Shown piece after piece: positions 37,463 to 44,707 of a stretch of DNA of 64,000 nucleotides. This DNA comes from an uncultured Acidobacteriota bacterium (GTDB lineage: Bacteria; Acidobacteriota; Terriglobia; Terriglobales; Acidobacteriaceae): contig CAVPFM010000007.1 in assembly GCA_963703735.1 (NCBI GenBank), forward strand, positions 52,723-116,722, given 5' to 3'. How positions within the stretch are numbered: position 1 is the stretch's first letter; every line of letters begins with the position of its first letter. A program made the translations under genes and the position numbers. Below the pieces are notes generated by a model. That model was not told the origin of the DNA. It ran no database searches and saw only the letters and a program-made list of their open reading frames with translations.

Positions 37463-37510
37463 CGTCATCCCGACCGGAGCCGCTTTTCAGGCGAAGGGAG
37501 GGATCTCGCG
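37463..37510 (+). repeat. Short interspersed repeat, GTCATYCCGA...GCGAAGGG family (copy 1)
   Basis: gcGTCATCCCGAccggagccgcttttcagGCGAAGGGagggatctcgcg, between convergent genes. Related copies at 42341-42365 and on the minus strand at 54181-54254. Confidence 0.6.
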
Positions 37511-37536
37511 TGCAGCGGCACAGAACTATCCCCTAA

Positions 37537-39093
37537 TCACTTCGCATTCTTCCGAGCCCGCCGGCGAGGCGGCCTCCGCCCCTTTTCCGGCACTTCCTTC
37601 TCAATCGGATCCGACAACCGGTGCAGCGGCCGATCGCCCGCAGAAGATAACTGCCGCCCGGCAGCCTTCGCTGACAGCCCCTGGCCGGTGTAGATCGCTT
37701 CGCTGAACGTCGATCCCGAATTCGCCTGCGCCACCGCGAACACTCCATGCGGCACACCATTGGTAAACGCGGTCGCGATATAGTCGCCCACCATCAATCC
37801 GTTCTGAGAAACGGGCAGCCAGCTCACAAGCATCGGCCCGCTCAGCGAACTCGGACTATTCCAACTCGTCCCCCCATTCGCTGAAGAGATATACCCGAGC
37901 GCCAGCTGGCAGGTGGCCACCGTGCAACCGCTCTGCGAATAGTAGTAATAATGCAGAGCCACGTGCGCCACCGTGCCAGAAGTCGCCGGATCAATCCCAA
38001 TCCCCGGGATGAAATGATCCACCGTGCTCGACACATCGTCGATCGGAATCCTCGTCACTGCGCCCCAATTCACTCCATCGGCCGACGTGCTGTAAACAAG
38101 ATCATTCGAAGTACAGCTTGCGCGGAAGCGGCAATCTTCCCACACCACCCAAATCGTCCCCGCTCCATCCACCGCCGCTGACGGCAACGGTCCGCTGCGA
38201 ATTCCTCCCGCATCAGAATGAAACTGGATATTGGATATCGTCACCGGAGCGCTCCAGGTCACGCCCCCATCGCCGGAACTGTAGGCCAGCATCAACGGCG
38301 CAGCCGTGGACTCGATCGGCACCACCACCGTCCCGCTCGGCTGCACCAGCGGCTGTCCACCAATTCCGTCGGACAGGTTCGCCGTCGGCGTCGCAGCACC
38401 CCACGTCAGTCCGCCATCGCTCGACGTGCTCATCACGATCTCATCTGCGTTCAGCGGATCATCCCACTCCATATAGCAATTTCCGTAGTGCGGGCTACTC
38501 GGCCAGCTATCGCACACAATCCAGTTCTTGTCGGAGCTCTGCGACGTCGCGTCGACGCTCACCGGATTCTGCCACGTGAATCCGCCATCGGTGGAGCGGC
38601 TGACCACCACCGCCGGCGTCGCCGAACTATTCGACAGCGGCAACGACGAGATCATCCACGCTCCATGCTTCGCGTCGTAAGCCACCGCCGGATCGCTCGC
38701 CGCGTCGTATGGACCACTTCCCTCGCCAATCGTCAATCCCGGCAAAAAGCCGTGACTCCACGTCGTGCCGCCATCCGTCGACGTCGCCCATCCAATATCC
38801 GTCGCGCCTCCCGGGGAAATTCTTCCTGTCTGAAATGCCGCGACCAGCGTCGATCCGTTTGACAACATGTGCGGCTCGACCTCGGTCGCGTGCTGCCCCG
38901 GCCCCACGGTAAACGGATCCGAACTGACCTGCGTCAGATTCGATCCCACTGGATTTCCCGGCTGCGTCGTTGGTGGAGTTGTCGATGTTGAGATAGGAGA
39001 CGAAGATCCCGAGCACGCCGCGAGCGCCAGTGTGAGCGCCACCGCCGCGGCCACCCGTGCGGAAAAATACTGGGCCATTTTCAGTTGATCCAA
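37537..39093 (-). CDS. BNR/Asp-box repeat beta-propeller lipoprotein (sialidase-like fold)
   Basis: 518 aa. Lipobox LALAACS. Asp-box repeats STDGGTTWS, STDGGFTWQ, SSDGGLTWG, SGDGGVTWS and SANGGTSWN. Confidence 0.8.
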   Translation of the reverse strand: MDQLKMAQYFSARVAAAVALTLALAACSGSSSPISTSTTPPTTQPGNPVGSNLTQVSSDPFTVGPGQHATEVEPHMLSNGSTLVAAFQTGRISPGGATDIGWATSTDGGTTWSHGFLPGLTIGEGSGPYDAASDPAVAYDAKHGAWMISSLPLSNSSATPAVVVSRSTDGGFTWQNPVSVDATSQSSDKNWIVCDSWPSSPHYGNCYMEWDDPLNADEIVMSTSSDGGLTWGAATPTANLSDGIGGQPLVQPSGTVVVPIESTAAPLMLAYSSGDGGVTWSAPVTISNIQFHSDAGGIRSGPLPSAAVDGAGTIWVVWEDCRFRASCTSNDLVYSTSADGVNWGAVTRIPIDDVSSTVDHFIPGIGIDPATSGTVAHVALHYYYYSQSGCTVATCQLALGYISSANGGTSWNSPSSLSGPMLVSWLPVSQNGLMVGDYIATAFTNGVPHGVFAVAQANSGSTFSEAIYTGQGLSAKAAGRQLSSAGDRPLHRLSDPIEKEVPEKGRRPPRRRARKNAK

Positions 39094-39182
39094 GACGGCG
39101 CGAATGTGGAACTCAAGGACGCAGCGCCACTTTCATTTTCAGCGCGGCGAATAGAAAGGTCAATTGCCAGTTCATATGCGGA

Positions 39183-40799
39183 CTACGGCAGCTTCATCTC
39201 CGCGTGCAGTTTCACTCCGCTCTCCGGCCCGTTTGCAAACGCAATCGAGACGTCATCCTCGTAGATCACTCGCCACTCCGGAGTCTTTGCGAGAATACTC
39301 GCGAGCGCGGCATTCCTCGGCAGTAGCACGCACTGCGGATTATTCTCCCGGAGGAAATCCTCCCACCCATGCTCCAGATGCATCATGCGCAAGTACGATT
39401 GCAGAAATTCAGCCCCGTACAAATCGTGCCGGTCATCGACCACTACCGGCACCTGCGGATACATCCGGTAAATCAAATATCCGCCCCAGTAATCCGGGCT
39501 CAGGATCGGCCCCTGCACCGAATGCGCTTCCAGATAATTCACCGCATCCACCGGCATCCGCTTCGGACCGAAGTGCGCATCCATCAGCACGCTCGATCCC
39601 ACACGGCCCCCATTCAACGCAATCACCAACGTGCCAATGGTCACCACGATCGCCCAAAAATGCGCGCGCAACCCCAGTTCCACCGCGCTCATTCTCAGCG
39701 AGAATCCTTCGAGGAACTCCACTCGCGGCAGCCACGGCCCGACAATCATCGCGAGCAGAATGGCCGAAATCGGAATATTCCGCGACGCATACAATCCCGC
39801 ATACGTCACAAACAGCACGAGCAGCCCTTCACTCGTACGCAGCTTCCGTCCCCGCGTCACCAGCACTCCCAGCGACAGCACCAGCAAGAGCAGAAAGCAT
39901 TTCTGCGCCACGCCATGAAAATTTGGCGATTGAAACTCCTCGATGTGATCCATCAAAAAGCGGTTCGTCAGGTACGAATAAATATGCGCATGCAGCCGCC
40001 ATCCATACGGATTCACAAAACTCGCCAACACCGACGCCCCGCCCACTCGCGTCAGATCGCGCACCCGCTTCCCTGCGGCGATCCGGTGCAGCACTTCGTC
40101 AATTCGCGCACCCTTCGTTCGAAACAGGGTCCAGATCGATCCAAACCAGAAGATCGCCAGCAGCACAAACCCAAGCACAAACCCGCCGTGCACATTCACC
40201 CAGACGAGCATCAGGGGCGGCAAAGCCCAGAGTTTTCGATGCCGCCCCACTCCCTTGAAATAATTTCGCTCCGTCGAATCCAGGAGCCAGAAGAAGGCGA
40301 GCGTGAACATCCAGCTCACGATATGCGGACGCGCCAGAAAGTGCAGGGTCGATGCCGACAATGCCAGCAGCACCAGCAACAGCGCCGAAAATATGTTCAT
40401 CTCGCGCCGGACCAGCAGCCGAAACATCCAGCCAAACACTCCCGCGATCATCGCCGCCGTGAACCACACCACTCCATTCAATCCGGCAATATTCGCCAAC
40501 TCCCCGACGACCACGTCATAAAGCCACTCCCACGCAAACCAGGGCTTGCCGCCCATGGTCGAAGAAAAGGGATCGGTCCGCGGGATCGCGTGCGTCGCGA
40601 GAATCTGCTGCCCCGTCCGAATGTGCCATCCAATGCCCGCGTCGCCCAATAGCTTCACCGAGAGCGCCGTGAAGATCAAAAGGCACAGGACACAGACGAA
40701 GATCAGGTCCGAAACCGAGGGCAGCAACCATCGCACCCACGCCCGAGTAGATTTTTCCTGGGGAATGACAGTTGAATAACTTCTGGAACCATCGGCCAT
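39183..40799 (-). CDS. Large polytopic membrane protein with C-terminal soluble domain; GT-C-like, function unknown
   Basis: Start re-set to the ATG at 40799 (MADGSRSY...), because the track extension would overlap ndh. About 12 TM segments. N-terminal loop motif GWHIRTGQQILATHAIPRTDPFS...PWFAWEWL. Confidence 0.55.
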   Translation of the reverse strand: MADGSRSYSTVIPQEKSTRAWVRWLLPSVSDLIFVCVLCLLIFTALSVKLLGDAGIGWHIRTGQQILATHAIPRTDPFSSTMGGKPWFAWEWLYDVVVGELANIAGLNGVVWFTAAMIAGVFGWMFRLLVRREMNIFSALLLVLLALSASTLHFLARPHIVSWMFTLAFFWLLDSTERNYFKGVGRHRKLWALPPLMLVWVNVHGGFVLGFVLLAIFWFGSIWTLFRTKGARIDEVLHRIAAGKRVRDLTRVGGASVLASFVNPYGWRLHAHIYSYLTNRFLMDHIEEFQSPNFHGVAQKCFLLLLVLSLGVLVTRGRKLRTSEGLLVLFVTYAGLYASRNIPISAILLAMIVGPWLPRVEFLEGFSLRMSAVELGLRAHFWAIVVTIGTLVIALNGGRVGSSVLMDAHFGPKRMPVDAVNYLEAHSVQGPILSPDYWGGYLIYRMYPQVPVVVDDRHDLYGAEFLQSYLRMMHLEHGWEDFLRENNPQCVLLPRNAALASILAKTPEWRVIYEDDVSIAFANGPESGVKLHAEMKLP

Positions 40800-40836
40800 C
40801 GCGTGAATCTTATAGAGTGGAGCAGAGATCAGCAAG

Positions 40837-42273
40837 ATGACGAACCAACTTCCCCCTCGCGTAGTGATCGTCGGCGCTGGCTTCGGAGGCCTTAACGCAG
40901 CCCAGGTGCTGGCCAAAGCGCGCGTCCGCGTCACCGTCATCGATCGTAGGAATTACCACACGTTTCAGCCGCTGCTCTACCAGGTCGCCACCGCCGGACT
41001 CTCGCCCGGAGAAATCGCCGCGCCCATCCGTTCAATTCTTCGCTCAGATAAGAATATTGAAGTCCTCATGGCCGAGGTCACCGGATTCGATCTCAACCGC
41101 CGCGTCGTCCTCACTCCCGACGGCGAAATTCCCTATGCCTATCTGATCGTCGCCGCGGGAGCCGGACATTCTTATTTCGGACACGATGAGTGGGAACCCT
41201 ATGCTCCTGGGCTTAAGACCATCGAAGACGCCCTCGAGATCCGCCGCCGCGTATTACTCGCTTTCGAGTTGGCCGAGCGACAGGCGGCAGCCGGAGAAAC
41301 CAGCTCCCAGCTCAACTTTCTCGTCGTTGGTGGAGGCCCTACCGGAGTCGAACTAGCCGGCACGCTCGCGGAAATCAGCCGCCACGCTCTCGCCCACGAA
41401 TTTCGCACCATCGACCCCGCGCGCACCCACATCTTGTTGATCGAAGGGGGTCCGCGGATCCTCCCCGCGTACGCGGAAGATCTATCCCGCAGCGCCGAGC
41501 AACAACTGAATCACCTCGGGGTCGAGGTGCGCACCTCAACCATGGTCACGCAGGTCGAAGCCGGCGCCGTATATTTCGGCAGCACGCGCTTTCCCGCAAC
41601 CGTGATCCTCTGGGCCGCCGGAGTTGCAGCCTCCCCTCTCGGCAAGAAGTTGGGAGTCGCTGTCGACCGCGCCGGACGCGTCCCTGTGCAACCGGATTTG
41701 ACGATTCCCGGGCATCCCGAAGTCTTTGTCATCGGCGATCTCGCCGCAGCGAAAGACGAACAGGGCAAATTGCTCCCCGGCGTAGCTCCGGTCGCCATGC
41801 AGCAAGGCAACTACGTAGCAAAGCTAATTCGCAAAGAAGTGGAGTCACGCGAGGGTGCCCCACCCTTGTCGCTTTCTTTGCGAGAGAAGCCTGCCCGGAG
41901 CGCGACCGAGCGCAGCGAGGGCAAGTCGAAGGGTGGGGATTTTGACTCCGACCGTTCCAAGTTCCACTACTGGGATAAAGGCAGCCTGGCCACGATCGGC
42001 CGCGCCGCAGCAGTCGCTCAATTCGGAAAAATCCACATCTCCGGATTCCTCGCGTGGCTTTCCTGGCTCTTCATTCACATCCTGTTCCTGATCGGCTTCC
42101 GTAACCGCGTGCTCGTTTTCATTCAGTGGGCCTGGTCGTACGTCACCTACGAACGCGGCGCGAGACTGATCACCGGCAGCACCGACTTGCCGGGATGGAG
42201 ACCAACTCTTCCAACTCCCAGTGGCGCTCAAGTCTCCGCGCCTCAAGAAATTCAAACCAACACCCGCAAATAG
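40837..42273 (+). CDS. ndh: Type II NADH dehydrogenase (NDH-2) carrying an in-frame repeat-derived insertion
   Basis: 478 aa. Two Rossmann motifs (VVIVGAGFGGL, FLVVGGGPTGVE), GDLAA and FHYWDKGSLATIGR. About 35-40 extra residues (EGAPPLSLSLREKPARSATERSEGKSKGGDFDSDRS) are encoded by repeat 41847-41949. Confidence 0.88.
   Translation: MTNQLPPRVVIVGAGFGGLNAAQVLAKARVRVTVIDRRNYHTFQPLLYQVATAGLSPGEIAAPIRSILRSDKNIEVLMAEVTGFDLNRRVVLTPDGEIPYAYLIVAAGAGHSYFGHDEWEPYAPGLKTIEDALEIRRRVLLAFELAERQAAAGETSSQLNFLVVGGGPTGVELAGTLAEISRHALAHEFRTIDPARTHILLIEGGPRILPAYAEDLSRSAEQQLNHLGVEVRTSTMVTQVEAGAVYFGSTRFPATVILWAAGVAASPLGKKLGVAVDRAGRVPVQPDLTIPGHPEVFVIGDLAAAKDEQGKLLPGVAPVAMQQGNYVAKLIRKEVESREGAPPLSLSLREKPARSATERSEGKSKGGDFDSDRSKFHYWDKGSLATIGRAAAVAQFGKIHISGFLAWLSWLFIHILFLIGFRNRVLVFIQWAWSYVTYERGARLITGSTDLPGWRPTLPTPSGAQVSAPQEIQTNTRK
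41847..41949. repeat. Palindromic interspersed element (CCCCACCCTT ... AAGGGTGGGG family), copy A, inside the ndh coding sequence
   Basis: ACGCGAGGGTGCCCCACCCTT...(61 nt)...AAGGGTGGGGATTTTGACTCC. Arms at 41858-41867 and 41929-41938. The termini are shared with copy B. Confidence 0.8.
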
Positions 42274-42340
42274 GTGGACAATAGGATTGGACGCGGTGCC
42301 TCGCTCAACACCAAGTCGGCCGCGGCTTTCATGCATCTTT

Positions 42341-42365
42341 GTCATCCCGAGAGAAGCGAAGGGCC
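42341..42365 (+). repeat. GTCATYCCGA...GCGAAGGG family repeat (copy 2)
   Basis: GTCATCCCGAgagaAGCGAAGGGcc, ending 1 nt before the nfeD ATG. Confidence 0.5.
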
Positions 42366-42366
42366 T

Positions 42367-43710
42367 ATGCACTTCCTACCCAAATTCAATAATCTAATTC
42401 GCGCACTACTCTGGCTAGTGGCAGCGGTCGCATTCGCCGCACCCGCCTCCGCCCAGGTCCTCAAAATCGTTGTCGACGACACCATCCAGCCCATCAGCGC
42501 CGAATACATCTCCCGCGCCATTGATCAGGCCCACCGCTCCAACGCGCAAGCCGTATTGATTGAGATGAACACACCCGGCGGCCTCGTCAGCTCCACTCGC
42601 GAAATCATTGAGAAAATCACCAGTTCCCCGGTGCCGGTGATCGTTTACGTAACTCCCACCGGTGGACATGCGGGCTCCGCCGGGATCTTCATACTTGAGT
42701 CCGCGGATATTGCCGCCATGGCTCCCGGAACCGCCGCTGGAGCTGCTCATCCCGTAACTCTGATCGGCCCCGTCCAGGTGAAGCCCGACGATGAGATGAA
42801 GCAGAAAATCGAGAACGACACCGCCGCCCTGATGCGCTCCGTTGCCTCCAAGCGCGGACGCAATACCGACGCCGCCGAGAGCGCCGTGCGCGAATCGAAG
42901 TCTTTCACCGAGCAGGAAGCTCTCACCCAACATCTCATCGACTACGTCGCCAACCGTCGGGAAGATCTTTTCCGCCAGATGAGGGGAAAATCTTTCAAGC
43001 GCTTCAACGGTGAGACTGCAGCTCTCAACTTGACGGATCAGTCGATCCTTCCCTTTGAGATGACCGTCAAGGAGCGCGTTCTAGACGAACTGATGGACCC
43101 CAACGTCGCGTTCCTGATCCTCATCATCGGGGCGCTCGCCCTCTACGTCGAATTCAACCATCCGGGAGCCGTCATACCGGGAACGGTGGGAGTGGTCTTC
43201 ATCCTCGTCGCGGCCTTCGCGCTGAATCTTCTCCCTACACGCTTTGCCGCACTCATTCTGATTCTCGGAGCCTTCGCTCTCTTCGCCGCCGAAGCCAAAT
43301 TTGTTACTCACGGAGTTCTCACTGTCGGCGGCATCGCACTGCTCACTCTGGGTGGCCTGCTGCTCGTGGATTCCCCGATTCCTGAGATGCGCGTTCACCT
43401 GCTGACCGCGCTGGCAGTGAGCATTCCCTTCGGCATCATCACCGCGTTCCTGATGACGATTGCCTACCGGGCCCGCCGCAACAAGATCGTGACCGGAGAA
43501 CAGGGCCTGGTCGGTGAAACGGGAGTGGCGCAGACCGCGCTCGCGCCGCAGGGCAAGATCTTTGTCCACGGCGAACTATGGGACGCGATCGCTTCGACAA
43601 CTTTACCGGTAGGGCAGATCGTGGTAGTGCGCCAAATAGAGGGCCTGACGCTGCAAGTGGACCCGCTAGGCGCAACGCCAAACACAGATCCAGCCCCCGC
43701 AATTCTTTAA
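42367..43710 (+). CDS. nfeD: NfeD-family membrane-bound ClpP-class serine protease (long form)
   Basis: Start re-set to the ATG at 42367 (MHFLPKFNNLIRALLWLVAAVAFAAPASAQ signal peptide). ClpP-like domain (IEMNTPGGLV...GHAGSAGIFI). Four to five TM segments. C-terminal OB domain (GKIFVHGELWDA). Confidence 0.85.
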   Translation: MHFLPKFNNLIRALLWLVAAVAFAAPASAQVLKIVVDDTIQPISAEYISRAIDQAHRSNAQAVLIEMNTPGGLVSSTREIIEKITSSPVPVIVYVTPTGGHAGSAGIFILESADIAAMAPGTAAGAAHPVTLIGPVQVKPDDEMKQKIENDTAALMRSVASKRGRNTDAAESAVRESKSFTEQEALTQHLIDYVANRREDLFRQMRGKSFKRFNGETAALNLTDQSILPFEMTVKERVLDELMDPNVAFLILIIGALALYVEFNHPGAVIPGTVGVVFILVAAFALNLLPTRFAALILILGAFALFAAEAKFVTHGVLTVGGIALLTLGGLLLVDSPIPEMRVHLLTALAVSIPFGIITAFLMTIAYRARRNKIVTGEQGLVGETGVAQTALAPQGKIFVHGELWDAIASTTLPVGQIVVVRQIEGLTLQVDPLGATPNTDPAPAIL

Positions 43711-43718
43711 GAACAATG

Positions 43719-43776
43719 ACGCGAGGGTGCCCCACCCTTCTTGCGCCTTATGCGAGAGGGTGGGGAATTTGACTCC
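43719..43776. repeat. Palindromic element family, copy B
   Basis: ACGCGAGGGTGCCCCACCCTTcttgcgccttatgcgagAGGGTGGGGAATTTGACTCCC. Arms at 43730-43738 and 43757-43765. Intergenic, between convergent genes. Confidence 0.8.
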
Positions 43777-43887
43777 CTTCCCACGAAAGAAGTTGATACC
43801 CCAAAACAACAAGGCACCGAGGTCCGCCGAGCGGATGCGCCCCTCAATGCCTTTCCCTTTGCGAGAGAAATCAGACCAGAAGCGTAC

Positions 43888-44355
43888 TTACTTCACCATG
43901 ATCTTCTTGCCGCTCGGATCGAGCGTACCCTGCACGCGTACGCGCTTTCCATCGAACTTGGCGACGTCGGTCTGATGATCGATGTCATAAACCTGACCCG
44001 AGTCATCCTTCAGCACGTACTTGTCGCCCTGTTTCATCACGGTTCCCGAAAAAGTCTGGCTGTCGGTCGCGGTTGCGTCAGGAGAAGACTTCGATCCCGT
44101 TTGCGGAGCGTTCGGATCCGGCGTCTGTGACTGGTCCGGAGTCTGCGAGGAGGGCGCTTGCTGCGACTGCGGCGGCATCTCCGGCGACGAGGCTTGGGGC
44201 CGCTGCTGCGATGGAGTCGTGTCCGGCGCTGTCGCAGGCTGCTGCGTCTGCTGATCCGACGGTGTGGTTTGCGCATGGAGCGCGCTGCCCCAGGAGATCA
44301 TGCCGATGGCGATCGCCAGGGTGGCGAGGAACGAGAGAGACTGAATCTTTTTCAC
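43888..44355 (-). CDS. Small secreted protein with a Q/P/S-rich linker and C-terminal beta domain (DUF5818-like)
   Basis: 155 aa. Signal peptide MKKIQSLSFLATLAIAIGMISWGSALHAQ. C-terminal FSGTVMKQGDKYVLKDDSGQVYDIDHQTDVAKFDGKRVRVQGTLD. Confidence 0.6.
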   Translation of the reverse strand: MKKIQSLSFLATLAIAIGMISWGSALHAQTTPSDQQTQQPATAPDTTPSQQRPQASSPEMPPQSQQAPSSQTPDQSQTPDPNAPQTGSKSSPDATATDSQTFSGTVMKQGDKYVLKDDSGQVYDIDHQTDVAKFDGKRVRVQGTLDPSGKKIMVK

Positions 44356-44624
44356 AAATCCTCCAGGAGCCAGTGCGGCTCGTGCGAAGGTCTTTGCAAG
44401 CTCTCTGCCACAAAATCACCACCTTAGGATGGGCGAAACCACGGGGGTTGAAATCACAAGGTTTAGCGTACCTCACTAGATTCGCCCACAGGCCGATGTC
44501 AGGATTCTTTTCGGATGGCATACGTGGATCGCTGTAGCTCGTAATACGCAATCCAATTGCTCGCGGTGGAACCTGTCGAGCATTTCTTGCCAGATTTGAA
44601 GAAAAGTTTCCCTCAACAAGAATT

Positions 44625-44660
44625 CACAAAAGAAAAAAGCCGCGACGAAAGTCGCAGCTC
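44625..44660 (-). terminator. Rho-independent terminator of pnp
   Basis: On the minus strand, GCUGCGAC-uuuc-GUCGCGGC (8-bp stem, 44639-44658) is followed by UUUUUUCUUUUG. It lies about 50 nt after the pnp stop. Confidence 0.7.
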
Positions 44661-44707
44661 TTTTCATGAAACGAGGTTTTAATCCGCGCGAATCCGTGAC
44701 AAAGAAG

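Noticed and set aside
39164-40652. Long antisense ORFs opposite real genes. Examples: 39164-40258 and 39369-40652 opposite the membrane protein; 3171-4283 opposite GH3; 15070-15873 opposite ppk1; 31474-32289 opposite cpaF; 44666-45715 and 45938-47101 opposite pnp; 49597-50622 opposite cpaF2; 54656-55675 opposite acs; 35594-36289 opposite the TonB-like gene.
   Set aside because: In high-GC DNA the antisense frames stay open by chance. The translations are Arg/Pro/His/Gly-rich and lack recognisable motifs, while the opposite strand encodes clearly recognisable proteins.
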